64,000 nucleotides of DNA from Tubulanus polymorphus (GCF_964204645.1 NC_134030.1:21102210-21166209), one strand, 5' to 3'; positions 24,164 through 38,122 are shown, counted from the first letter of the stretch. Numbers and translations: made by a program. The notes: generated by a model from the letters alone, not told the origin.

Positions 24164-24709
24164 TAAAACCGTAGCCCTCGCTCTAAAAACTTATCCAAAC
24201 GCTTCGAATTGTATTCTTCTCTATCATCTCGCTGGTATTATAATAATACGACCGATTCTCGGCATATGTAGTTGAATTTGATCCGCCTGCCTCCCTGGCA
24301 AACATACACGGTTATCTGTCAATCAATACGCTCTCCCTGGAGAAGAAGTGGCTGATAGCTTATGCTTATGCCTTTTCTTTTTTATTTCTTTCTCTTAAAA
24401 AAATTCCGCTAGCGCGTAAAAATATCGGCGGCTGACTGTGAAATCGTGTAGTTGTTGTTTTTTTTGTGCTACGCAGTCAGTTTAGTTGAATTGGCAGTTC
24501 ACGGCGCGATTCTTTCTGCTGCTTTGAACTGACTGGATGTCGAACGTTTGGCACGGGATGCAATTTCGACAATTGTTTGGGTCAATTCGCGTCGGAAGTT
24601 TTGACGCAAGCGGCCGTTTTGCACAGTTTTGTGAGTGAGGATTTGATTTACAGTTGAAATGAGTTTACGAGTCAAATTTCAACAACGCCGAACCTAGTGA
24701 AATAGTTCG

Positions 24710-25000
24710 GGACCCGGATCCGCGGTGCTTTATCCACTTCCACAGTTCTGGATCCGGTCCCACGGATCTGGTTTCTGGACTCTGTTCCACAGTTCTATAT
24801 CCAGTTTCCATATCTAGTTCCACAGTTCACGACCCAGTTCCAGAACTGTGGAACTGAGTTCTGAACTGTGGAACTGGATTCAGAACTGCGAAACTGGATC
24901 CTGAACTGTGGAATTGGACTCAGAACTGTGGAACCGAGTCTGGAAGTTTGGTATTGTGGAACTGACTTTGGACTCCTGGAACTGTGGAACTGGGTCTAAA
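24710..25000. repeat. 20-bp repeats of the MITE C terminus in head-to-head orientation
   Basis: CCAGTTCCACAGTTCT units to ~24840, then AGAACTGTGGAACTGG units. Confidence 0.8.
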
Positions 25001-25660
25001 ACTAGGTCTTTATTCTGGGTCTAAAACTAGGTCTTTATTCTTCATGTTGGCTCATAAACTCGAGGTCATTTTCTACACGTGGGATCTCCAGAGGTCTTAT
25101 TCTGAATGTCGTCTTTCTTAGATTCGTTTTCTACAGATACATACCAAACCACCGGGTCCTGGTAACTAGGCTTTCAATGTAAACTCGCAATAATATTTCC
25201 GTCAAGTGGAACCGAACCCCCAGCAGAACCCTGTATATTATATGCTCTGTATCTAATATCATTGAAGTGGTTGTTTTAAGCGTAATCGAAGTCATCCATT
25301 CCGTTAAAAATCTTACCGCACACAAACAAAAAAAATCAGTTAAAAATGCGGAGACCCGTGCGTGAAAATCAGTGAATTTATGCCGGCTCTTAGCGCATGA
25401 CAGCAATATGATATTTTGCACTGGTTTTTAGTTTATTGTTCGTAGCTGAATAATCGTGTCTCGGGGCTCGTGAAATGCTTCACACGTAGATATGAAGTGT
25501 GTTTATGCGTCGAGGGCTGTTTTTAGATTTTTATTTTTTTCGTGAGGAATTTTTTTATGTCAGGACACGAGAATTAGGTTTTATATTCATGGGTCGGTTC
25601 GCTTTGGGGATGTGGATTTATAGAAGTGATAAATCTGCATCCTGCATACTGCATCCCTTC

Positions 25661-27224
25661 AGAGATATTAGACATTTCATCAGCACACTTTCAAAAACTG
25701 ATCCACACTTCACATGTGTTCAGTGCTTCACCTGAGACATTTTTAATTGAAAATGAACTACAAACACCAGATATTAGACATTTTATCAGCACACTTTCAA
25801 AAACTGATCGTCAATACTTCACATGTGTTCAGTGCTTCACCTGAGACATTTTTAATTGAAAATGAACTACAAACACCAGACATTAGACATTTTATCAGCA
25901 CACTTTCAAAAACTGCTCATCCACACTTCACATGTGTTCAGTGCTTCACCTGAGACATTTTATCAGCACACTTTCAAAAACTGATCGTCAATACTTCACA
26001 TGTGTTCATTGTTTCACCTGAGACATTTCTAATTGAAAATGAACTACAAACACCAGATATTAGACATTTTATCAGCACACTTTCAAAAACTGATCGTCCA
26101 CACTTCACATGTGTTCAGTGCTTCACCTGAGATATTTCTAATTGAAAATGAACTACAAACACCAGATATTAGATATTTTATCAGCACACTTTCAAAAACT
26201 GATCATCCACACTTCACATGTGTTCAGTGCTTCACCTGAGACATTTTTAATCGAAAATCAACTACAAACACCAGATATTAGATATTTTATCTGCACACTT
26301 TCAAAAACTGATCATCCACACTTCACATGTGTTCAGTGCTTCACCTGAGACATTTCTAATTGAAAATGAACTACAAACACCAGATATTAGACATTTTATC
26401 AGCGCACTTTCAAAAACTGTTCGTCCACATTTCACATGTGTTCAGTGCTTCACCTGAGACATTTTTAATTGAAAATGAACTACAAACACCAGATATTAGA
26501 CATTTTATCAGCATACTTTCAAAAACTGATCGTCCACACTTCACATGTGTTCAGTGCTTCACCTGAGACATTTCTAATTGAAAATGAACTACAAACACCA
26601 GATATTAGACATTTTATCAGCGCACTTTCAAAAACTGTTCGTCCACATTTCACATGTGTTCAGTGCTTCACCTGAGACATTTTTAATTGAAAATGAACTA
26701 CAAACACCAGATATTAGACATTTTATCAGCATACTTTCAAAAACTGATCGTCCACACTTCACATGTGTTCAGTGCTTCACCTGAGACATTTCTAATTGAA
26801 AATGAACTACAAACACCAGATATTAGACATTTTATCAGCGCACTTTCAAAAACTGTTCGTCCACATTTCACATGTGTTCAGTGCTTCACCTGAGACATTT
26901 TTAATTGAAAATGAACTACAAACACCAGATATTAGACATTTTATCAGCATACTTTCAAAAACTGATCGTCCACACTTCACATGTGTTCAGTGCTTCACCT
27001 GAGACATTTCTAATTGAAAATGAACTACAAACACCAGATATTAGACATTTTATCAGCGCACTTTCAAAAACTGTTCGTCCACATTTCACATGTGTTCAGT
27101 GCTTCACCTGAGACATTTTTAATTGAAAATGAACTACAAACACCAGATATTAGACATTTTATCAGCATACTTTCAAAAACTGATCGTCCACACTTCACAT
27201 GTGTTCAGTGCTTCACCTGAGACA
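25661..27224 (+). repeat. 109-bp family D array (~14 copies) with a 218-bp higher-order dimer in the right half
   Basis: Identical pseudo-ORFs start at 26360, 26578, 26796 and 27014, and a second set at 26469, 26687 and 26905. Confidence 0.97.
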
Positions 27225-27575
27225 CTAAAACGAGCTGCAACAATGAATATATGAAGGTCAGTAAGTTTCAGGCTGCTGTCATCAGGAGATGAAAAGTTTC
27301 AATTCGATAGTTTATTAAACCGGAAATTAATACGCGAATGGAAGATGTTTTTGATTGAATTTACTCGCTGCACGCCATCCGTCTGTTAATGTCAAATTAA
27401 TTACGCTCCGTTCTCAATTTACCTTACCTCATTCGCGATTCTGTCTCCAATTTCCTGTATTCATTTTTGCGTACGGATTTGATCAAAACTTTCGAACAAA
27501 GAATCAATTTCTAAAAAACGGTTTATCGAAAAAAACTAACAAGGATTGAATCTTGTGACACACTAAGTAGATCTA

Positions 27576-28202
27576 GTCTGATCTTTTGACGTGAGAGTGA
27601 TATCTGAGTTGGATGGTACAGTAGACTCCGCTCAAGTCGGATCTTTTGACTTGAGAGTGATATCTGAGTTGGATGATACAGTAGACTCCGCTCAAGTCGG
27701 ATCTTTTGACTTGAGAGTGATATCTGAGTTGGATGGTACAGTAGACTCCGCTCAAGTCAGACCTTTTGACTTGAGAGTGATATCTGAGTTGGATGATGTA
27801 GACTCCGCTCAAGTCGGATCTTTTGACTTGAGAGTGATATCCGAGTTGGATGGTACAGTAGACTCAGCTCAAGTCTGATCTTTTGACTTGAGAGTGATAT
27901 CTGAGTTGGATGGTACAGTAGACTCCGCTCAAGTCAGACCTTTTGACTTGAGAGTGATATCTGAGTTGGATGGTACAGTAGACTCAGCTCAAGTCTGATC
28001 TTTTGACTTGAGAGTGATATCTGAGTTGGATGGTACAGTAGACTCCGCTCAAGTCAGACCTTTTGACTTGAGAGTGATATCTGAGTTGGATGATGTAGAC
28101 TCCGCTCAAGTCGGATCTTTTGACTTGAGAGTGATATCCGAGTTGGATGATACAGTATCGGATTCTGCATGTGTTGGATATCACTGTCAAGTCAAAAGAT
28201 CA
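27576..28202 (+). repeat. 60-bp tandem repeat (~10 copies) closed by an inverted partial unit
   Basis: Unit GTGATATCTGAGTTGGATGGTACAGTAGACTCCGCTCAAGTCGGATCTTTTGACTTGAGA. Inverted GATATCACTGTCAAGTCAAAAGATC at ~28177. Confidence 0.95.
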
Positions 28203-28874
28203 AAAGAATCTAGTATATAATCATAACGCCATGTACTTTCTTTATCTGAAAGATATTTTTTCTCACGGGAATTCAGTACGGGAGGGAGGGAGGAAGAGGG
28301 GAGGGAGGGAGGGAGGGAGGGAGGGAGGGAGGGAGAGGGGGAGGGAGGAGTGTATTTTACTGTAAACTGCTGTTGATATTGTTCATATCTCATGGTTCAG
28401 ATAATTGTTATTTTACTGTGTTAGGATACAACATTCTAAATTGTAAGGTTAAAAGAAGTTTCATGTTATACGTATATTGTGTGAATATCCTGTATTGTGT
28501 GAATATCGTGTAAGACAATAAAATATGATATTATTTTGTTGATTTAACCAACGATTTTAGTTTTCCTTGACGTGTTTTATTTACGGAGGATCGGATGATG
28601 TGAGATATTCTCGGAAGCGGAATATTTTTAGCGGGATTGAATTCGTCTCTCTGCGCAGGTGACGCCGTCTGCCAATAGGAAATCCCCCTATGACATCATC
28701 GAACTGCTTACTGCTTTGCTGGGTCCACCGCGAAAAAAACCTATGACATCGTTAAGCTGCCAGGTCTATAGAACCTTTCATACAAAATGGCCGCCTCCAT
28801 GAATCCCCCTATGACATCATCAAATTGTGTACTAGTTATTTGATCTATAGACCTGTAGAAAAGATGTCTGCTGT

Positions 28875-29783
28875 CCCTGTTAAAACTTTTTACATCCAGG
28901 AATGACTGATATCTGTAAGGACCCTGTTAAATCTCCTTATATCCAGGAATGACTGATATCTGTAAGGACCCTGTTAAAACTCCTTATATCCAGGGATGAC
29001 TGATATCTGTAGGGACCCTGTTAAAACTCCTTATATCCAGGGATGACTGATATCTGTAGGGACCCTGTTAAAACTCCTTATATCCAGGGATGACTGATAT
29101 CTGTAGGGACCCTGTTAAAACTCCTTATATGCAGGAATGACTGATATCTGTAGGGACCCTGTTAAAACTCCTTATATCCAGGGATGACTGATATCTGTAG
29201 GGACCCTGTTAAAACTCCTTATATCCAGGAATGACTGATATCTGTAAGGACCCTGTTAAAACTCCTTATATCCAGGGATGACTGATATCTGTAGGGACCC
29301 TGTTAAAACTCCTTATATCCAGGGATGACTGATATCTGTAGGGACCCTGTTAAAACTCCTTATATCCAGGGATGACTGATATCTGTAGGGACCCTGTTAA
29401 ATCTCCTTATATCCAGGAATGACTGATATCTGTAAGGACCCTGTTAAAACTCCTTATATCCAGGGATGACTGATATCTGTAGGGACCCTGTTAAAACTCC
29501 TTATATCCAGGGATGGCTGATATCTGTAGGGACCCTGTTAAATCTCCTTATATCCAGGAATGACTGATATCTGTAGGGACCCTGTTAAAACTCCTTATAT
29601 GCAGGAATGACTGATATCTGTAGGGACCCTGTTAAAACTCCTTTTATCCAGGAATGACTGATATCTGTAGGGACCCTGTTAAAACTCCTTATATCCAGGA
29701 ATGACTGATATCTGTAGGGATCTTGTCAAGAATGACTGATCTGTAGGGACCTTGTCAAGAATGACTGATCTGTAGGGACCTTG
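28875..29783 (+). repeat. 47-bp family A array (~18 copies plus shortened 30-bp end units)
   Basis: Same unit as 1274-1540. Confidence 0.97.
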
Positions 29784-30689
29784 TTACTGCAATTTACAAA
29801 TAACAGGCGGACATTGAACTGATTATCGGACAGGTGATGATGAATGGCTAGTGCGGTTTGCTCCGTGTCCGGTCACAGTTGCAGGTAATAACGTATATAT
29901 ATCTCGTACCTGCTGCAGCGGCGGCAGCTGTGCCGGGATACTGCGCCGGTAGCTGCTAAAGATTTAACGGTAATTAAGCGTGCCGATTGGTGGGGTAAGA
30001 GAGACCGGTACCGGTACCGGGTACCCGCAGAGTCACTGAAAGCGTTACGAACGTTTGCGGTCGGGCGCCGCGAGGTCGACCGGTGCAACAGACGGCTGAT
30101 TTCTCAGATGAGTTTACTGATTGTTCGCTGAAGGAATTCTACTTAGAAACTTTGGAACGTTGTCTAAACGGATTTGCGAGAATTCTGCGGGAAAGAAATG
30201 TTCACCGATACACGAGGTCTACGAATACCTGACCGCAGGGGGTTCGCGGTGAACAACAACGTTGAATTTACAGGATTTAAAAAAATTGAAGAAAATTGTT
30301 CATTAGCCCTCGGGGGTGCGTTAACAAAATGTCCTCACCTTGGCAGGGGGGTCGCACTGACCTGGAAAACAGACAAATCTAGAAAAAACTGTGGAACTAT
30401 ATATATATATATATATATATATCACAACTGTGGAACTATATATATATATATATATCACAACTGTTTATTTAGTTCCGTACAATTGTCAGAAATCCGGATG
30501 TTTCTTTATTTTTCTTATGCTAGAAAATTGACGACGACGGCGATGAATTTCTTTTCAGCTCCTTTCATTTGTAGCTTCAAAGAATCCAGACTTCAAAGTC
30601 GACAATTGAAAACGGAATTGATATTCAGACTTAAAACGAACTGTTAGTCACGACATCTTGTGGCGGTCGTTGGTAACAACCATATATGT

Positions 30690-30970
30690 GGTGGTCACTA
30701 TCCTGGAAATCGGGGAAAAAGCGCGGAATTTTCTTTTCTTTGAAAAAGTCGTGGAATTTCGTAAATTTCGTAAAAATAAAAAACCTAAAAACCTGAGAAA
30801 AGTCAGGAAAATTTGTTGACTCGGCACATGAATTCAAACAGTTGCTGTCCATGTCTTACACGTATTTGACTGTGTTAATTGATCGGATTCTTAACAGATC
30901 AAGTCAGGGAAAATCAACGCGCGTGTCAGGGAATTGTGGAGGGGGAAGCAAATCGAAAATAAAAGTGGCT
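30690..30970 (+). mobile_element. Degenerate hAT-like MITE (GTGGCCAC ends; GTCAGGGAA motifs); relatives at ~35578-35735, 36780-37040 and 44340-44430
   Basis: Shared ATGTCTTACGTATTTGAC...TTAATTGATCG..ATTCTTA.CAGATCAAGTC.GGGAAAA and the terminal AAGTGGCCACCCTG seen at ~44416. Confidence 0.65.
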
Positions 30971-31669
30971 TAACTTTCATGGACAGAAGAAACATGTTCT
31001 CCATTTGCTGGAATTCTAAACGGGGCTGCGTTCATTGTTTAGTGTATGACATCCTGGCTGTTGAAGTAGCAAGGCTTTCGATCCCCCCCCAAAAAAAATA
31101 GAGAAACTTTAACTTAACTTTGGTATAGAGGGTATAGCGGTATATCGGGGGTGTTTTACTATGTATTTGTATGGGATGTACATTGAGAAAACCTGGCGGT
31201 AGGGGGGGGGGGGTGGTGGTAAATGCGAGGGCGGTATGTGCTAGGGCGGTATATTGGGGTTCACTGTATTTCAAAGCAATGATCGGTATTGATAGAATAT
31301 TGATATCGCTCTGACCCTAGCTGACATTTTTTTAAGATAGCTGATTTTCAGAGGGGTGGATGTAAAAATGAAAGGGTGGCCTCCATTCTAAATCCTGCGG
31401 CGTAGAACGCTGATTAGACGGTTTTAAAATCCTTGAAACAAAAAACTTTTCGAAAATAATTTTCGAGTATTATCAAGTTAAAGTTTCGATTGACGTCGTA
31501 ATCACGAGGGACGCGGGCGTAATTATAATTATAACTCGATTACGATCGGAACTTTGATTACGATCGGTTGCCGTTGTCGGTTCCGACGGCGACCTCTTCC
31601 CCGTCGTCGTCGTCGTCTGAAGATTTGAAACACGCGGCGACCGTTCGTCAAACGAAACGAGATGCGTTT

Positions 31670-32128
<459 letters not shown>

Positions 32129-32355
32129 GTAACTCCGCGAGTCGTTTTTAAGCCGCCCGTTTCGCCGCGTTCGTGACGTGACGTGAGTTTTTCCGCGGAT
32201 GGGATTTTTTTCCGTACTCCCGTTTTAGATCAAAGCTTTCATCCCGCCGGCGAATTTCGTCTCGTTTAAACGAACGCCCGAAACTACGATAATTGTCTTT
32301 TATGAAATGTCGTCAAATGACGTCAATGCCTCCACGTTGGTTACCCCTTTCAAAT

Positions 32356-32543
32356 CGGGCGGATCTATGATAGTTGGTAGGTAGACTAGGGTCCAGAACG
32401 AAAAGCCGACAAATAAATCGATCCTAAAAGATGCGAATTCCGAGTAGATGAGTTTCAAATTCATCCGTTTACTGTATCTTTCTTGACCTCTCTCGATGGG
32501 AAGGCCTCACGACCCCTGAGAACACCCCCTAAATCCGCCCCTG
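32356..32543. mobile_element. Short MITE with GGGCGGATCTA / TAAATCCGCCCCTG ends
   Basis: Imperfect terminal inverted repeats. Related ends occur at ~37413-37733. Confidence 0.5.
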
Positions 32544-33520
32544 TTTAAGCGAGTCTACACTGAAGTGCGGTGTATGAATTGGTAGTGCTAGTACATGGCA
32601 CTGCGGTGTATTGATGCAATTTATGATTATCTATTATCATCTATTATGTTACCATGTATTGAAAGATGCTGTTTGATTTCGTAACCGATCTTGAGAAGCA
32701 TTTTGGTTTTTATAACCAATCTAACATTTTAAGACCAGTCTGATTTCATCTCGGTTCTAGAACCAATCTAACATTTAAAGGATAGTCTAAGCTCATTTTA
32801 GTTTTACTAAAGCCACCTGGCATGTTAAGAACAGTGTAAACTGAATTCAATGTTTCGCCGATCTGATAATTTGTTCGAATTCGATGATATCCCGGTATGA
32901 AATCTGAGCGTTCACCGGCGCAGCTGACCTGTGTGTCTGGATGAATACGAGTAGCGCGAGTAGGAGTCGTCTGCCGCTGTTTTTCCCGAACGAACTCGAT
33001 GATCGTATTGCGCGGGCGGCGACGACAACAAAGAACGGACGGACATTAAGTGATTACGGCGAACTTCACAAACAAACCATTCGCGCAAAAACACGGGAAA
33101 TCAATGTCGCCAACAGCCATCTCACAGATATAGCAGCAACTAATTCGATGATATAACAATGTGGCTGTACTGCTAGTCATACTGGTACTTGTTCGATGCG
33201 TACGACAGTTGAGTGCCATTTTTATTGATCACTTTGACTTTGACTTTGACCACGGCTGCTTTGCACCAGTCTGGGGCAGATCTGGCTTTTCGAAAAATGG
33301 GGGATGCGCACTGCTTACTTGGGTCACTACTTACACAAGGGGGTAATGGGGACTCCAGAAAACTTAGATGTATTTATGTGCAATCTGAGCGCTTTCCTGT
33401 TGAAATTAGGAATGAAATATGTCCAGAATTTCTCCACTTCCTAAACTTAAGTCTTAGGGAGGGAAATTCCATGGCCATAAAAAGGAATGCGTGTTGCAGG
33501 TATAATTTAAGTGTCCCTAT

Positions 33521-34088
33521 AGCAGCACTCAGGTCGCCCTACGACGCGACGCAACTGAAGACCACGAGTTGTAACTGCGCTCAGGTCGCTTACAACTAGA
33601 ACTAGAGGCGACCGGCAGCAACGGGATTGAAACGTTTAACGCTAATCAGTGCGCGCTCAGGTCGCCCTACGACCGTCGCTGCAACGCGCGATTCAATTGA
33701 TCATGTGATCTGTTCAAAATGGCGCCGCCCATGTTCAATTGATCATGTGATCTGTTCAAAATGGCGCCGCCCATGTTCAATTGATCATGTGATCTGTTCA
33801 AAATGACTATAGTACTTCCCTACAACGCGGAAATCGGTTGCAGTAGCGCTCAGGTCGACAAAAACGCTGTACAACTAGTGGTAGTCGCTGCGACGCGTTG
33901 CTGAAAGTTCAGCATGTTCAACTCATAGCGACTGGCAGTTTTTGCGTCGCCGACCCGTCGCTGTCAGTTGTAGACGCGCTCAGGTCGCCGCGACTGGGAA
34001 AAAACCAGTCGCTGACGATCGCTGCCAGTTGCTCGAGCCAGTCGCTTCTAGTTGTAGTTGCAGTTGTAAGGGCGACCTGAGTGCCCCT
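33521..34088. mobile_element. 568-bp non-autonomous TIR element with internal repeats
   Basis: TAT|AGCAGCACTCAGGTCGCCCTAC ... GTAAGGGCGACCTGAGTGCCCCT|TAT. It has repeated internal GCTCAGGTCG and a 42-bp triplication at 33692-33805. Confidence 0.8.
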
Positions 34089-36374
34089 TATGACTCCTTC
34101 ATTCCTTAAAAACTCCTCCAGTGTCATTAAACGCTTTTAAAGGTGTTCGAATGCCCAAAACTCCTTTAATTTTGAGAAATGGGCGATCAGAAACACGTAG
34201 ACTACGCCTATATCGATACAGTTCTGCACACTGAATTTGACTTAAACCTCTTTTTGTAAACTTTAAAACTAAACATGTAAACAGCAGCTGTGAGAAGTGG
34301 AAATGATGACTGATTACGCTCATCGGTGCTAGGATATCATCACCTAACTATCGGGGGATATCAGCGAGATAATTACTAACACACTAGTCAAATTGATGAA
34401 TGGTTCCCGCGAGAGTCGACTCCGGAGTCCTCAAGGATGTCGGCGACTTCCGCATTGCTGACAATATGTGTTATTAGAATGGATTACGAACGCGAGTTTG
34501 TTAACGGAGCAGAGCTAACTATATCTCCTCGGTTAACACCGCCTATTTCGACGAAAGGCTTAACTTTTTTCCCTTGAGGTACAATCCTACGGAGCATCAT
34601 CGATAGGCTTATCGTCTAACCTTGAGGAACACTTCCAAAACAACATCAATTAAGCAGACCTGACTTCCGCTTGTTGAGAGTAGTTACTACTGTTTTATGA
34701 GTTATTTTTTTAATGAAAATTATCAAAATACTCTCAAAATCAGAAGGGTTTCTAGTTCATTTCTAATTAGACTACTATTTTTGAGGTCAAATTACTCACA
34801 TTAGTGGTGAAAACTACTTCAAAATGGAAATACTGAAGTCTGATTATGGGCTTACTATCTATCCTTGAGGTACACCCCTTAATAAACTTAGAAGGTTCGC
34901 TGTGTATCATTGAGGTACAACCGAAAACAACACAAATAAATGGCTTACTGTCTACCCTTGTGTTACCTCTCCTCCATTAGTGGCGAGCTGAGTATCTACC
35001 CTTCAGCTACACCTCACCACCCAATTTATCAACGTTGACAATATCTACCCCTGAGGGACCCGTCGAAAATTGACAAACTGTCCACACAGCCGAGTCAAAT
35101 CAACTCAATTGTCCATTTCAGTATACCTAACTTGAGTACGAAAGTAACTGATTCCGAAGTCAATTTGGAATCAGTTGAGCTGCTGCAAACGTGGAGAAGA
35201 AACAATATCCGCTCCCGGAGAAAGGATTTTAGAACTTCTTCCAGAATGATGTATGCGAAAATCTAGCTGCTCGAGAGAGAACCATCAACTTCCCATCAAA
35301 CTCGCAACATCGGAAACTTACTTAAAACAAGTGCTGCTGACCCGAGTAATTACTCGTGTTATAATAGAAAAAGCGCTTTATTTACGATTCCTAGACTTAC
35401 ATTATCTGAACGAAAATGATGCAATAAACTTAAAAATCAGCTCGCAATATAGACCTAGTGAACCCTTGAAGCGCCAGTTTGAAATGAGATAAAGATATCG
35501 GTATTCTCACCTAGAATTTAGGGGTCAGTTAAAACTTGGTTTAATCCCAGGTGTTCTGGTCGACCCTGGTCTACAAGGCAGTGGCCGCTTACCGGAAAAT
35601 CAGGAACAAATCGGGGAAATTCTTTTCTCTGAAAAAGTCAGGGAATTTTGTTCGGAAAGTTCGAAATTGGGGAAATATCTGGTAAATATGTTAAACAGTT
35701 TCCGTCTATGTCTTGCGTATTTGACGAAATTGAGTTAATAAATTGAAATTGAGTTAAGTAGGTATAAGATTTTAAGAAAAGCCTTTAGAACTATACGCGG
35801 AAAGAATGGTTTAAGCAGTACCGATTTAGGAGGAGTCGACTGTAATCGGGATGTGAAAGTTCTGCGGTGAAAATGACGCTTAATGAAATATGAAATATTC
35901 TCCTTTTTAAAACTCCTTAGAAACTCGTTGTATCCAGAAATGACTGATCCTTTAGTGAATTCACTTCTGACTGACGTGCGAAAACTCGGCGCGAAAAACG
36001 AGCTCCGTCGAATCTTGCGAGCATTGATTTCTTGAATAACAACGTTTGACACATTTTTTCCTCCCCGAGCACACATACACACACGAAAGTGTACCGGTTC
36101 GAGATCAGCTAAATTGACGCTAAAAGCATTTTCGCGCGAGGCTGTATAACGCCGGGCTTTCTCGGTGAGCATTCGTCATCTATGCGTGAGAGACAATATC
36201 AATTAACCCCTTCCGGTCGGAATACCGTTCGTACATTTGTGATTGTATCCCTTTCTACTTCAGATACTGTTCATATATTTGTAGCAGTGTGGTGAAGCAT
36301 TAGGGTAATTCTTATGTCATGGGCCAAGTATGTATGTGAAGGGCATTTCACGTTCATTAGGGGTTAACGACCAG

Positions 36375-36663
36375 GAACCAATTGCTCAAAAGTAATAATA
36401 ATAATAATAATAATAATAATTTATTTTTCATTTAACTTAAAGTACAAGATATAATAACGACAATAGTGAAGAGAAATAACAGTTAAATGAAGGAAGCAGT
36501 GAAAGCCTAGAGGCTGTACAGGTCACTGCACCTGAAGACATTATAATAATTATTGCAATAATTTAAGTTGGTAACTAAAGCAGTTATTAAAAGTAAGTTA
36601 AGTTGGTTAAAGATAATTGAAGATCCACTGGTTAAATCTAACAAACTTTTCAGCAAATGGCCC
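36375..36663. mobile_element. Harbinger-like MITE interrupted by an antisense retroelement 3' tail
   Basis: CAG|GAACCAATTGCTCAAAAGT ... ACTTTTCAGCAAATGGCCC|CAA. The insert starts with (AAT)n-TTTATT and is bounded by AAAAGTAA on both sides. Confidence 0.65.
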
Positions 36664-38122
36664 CAAGAGTGTGAAGCCAAGACAAGGGGATCTTGTGGTT
36701 GACCCCAAGGAAATTGTAGTGTCTAATTAGGCTTTAATGTGGGATCCTCAATTGCCACAGTACGCCTGTGCTTACCTGAAAATAAGGGGAAAATTCACGG
36801 AGATTTCTTCTTTTTCTTTAAAGTCAGGGAATAATATGGAAATTTTTTTAAGCGTAGCTAAAAATCAAGGAATAGTTGTGGAAATTAGTAGAGATGCGTC
36901 AAATCAATCAGATTCTGTCTATGTCTTACGTATTTGACTAATGTTAATTGATCGAATTCTTAGCAGATCAAGTCGGGGAAAACAACACGCGTGACAGGGA
37001 AAAGTCAGAAAAAAAGCAAGTTAGATAAAAGTGGCCATTCTTCAGTCGCGTTGTATCTCGAGTATGCCGAGGGTTAATGGTATGGGAGAGAGAGAGAGAG
37101 AATTTTTGACACATCAGTCTCTTACAGTGTAAATACAGTGTACACAGTGTTATTTATTGTCCTGCTACGACGAACGAACGCTACGATTTTATAAATAGAA
37201 TTCATCCATATTCTTCTAACACCGAGAGATATAAAAACACTATTGACACTTCTCGCTGCCGTCTGCTGTAACTGTGAATACACTTACTGTAAACATGGCC
37301 GCCACCATAAATCCCTCTATGACATCATCAAACTTGTTTGCCGGTGAAGTGATCTGTAGACACTAACAGAAAGATGTCTGTGGTTAAGACCGAATTATTA
37401 GACTTGCCAATGACAGATTTAGGGCGGTGGACCAGGTGGACTGGTCCACCCATTACAAATGTAGAATGTGCCCTCCAAAATGTCTGGCAATTTAGTTTCG
37501 CAAAGGAAATATAAAAAGTTTAGATATCACACCATTGAATAGGCCCTGATGAAGCCTATAGTAGCCTTGTTTTGGCCCTATAAGCCCTAAATCTTCTGCG
37601 GGTGGGTCAACAGGACCCCACTGATGTTCACGCCCGCAGCCCTCGTATTACCAAATCTGCCCTTCTCAAATTTAGTGCCTATTCATTCATGTTTTTAGGT
37701 CCCCTCCCTTCGAAGAATCCCAGATCTGCCCTTGCGTATCTAGAAACAATGGCTGCCTCCATTAATATACCTATGACATTATCAAATTACTTTCAAGTAT
37801 AAAAGGAATCGTAATTTAATTAGCAGTTTTCCGCATGTAATTCTAATGTGACGCAAACTCTTCATGTTTTACTCGAACAACCGCGATAATGTGAATAGTC
37901 AGTTACGACTGGTATTTCGATCGGTTGCCGTCAAACACAGATGGCAGACGTCGGACGTGTAGTGTAAGACTAATGGACGATATGAAATCATACTCCTCTT
38001 TCCCTCTCTCTCCCTTTCCTCTCTCCCCCCTCTTATTCTCTCAAACCAGACTTCACTTGCGCTGCTGTCATTTGCAGTAATTCAAGTTAGCACGCTTCAA
38101 ATGATGTTAACCCCCCCTACCT

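Noticed and set aside
25626-27220. Series of near-identical 68-aa ORFs (MKMNYKHQ...CVQCFT) resembling a tandem gene family
   Set aside because: They are the frame-shifting translation of a 109-bp satellite whose length is not a multiple of 3. They overlap each other, and many start at non-ATG codons.
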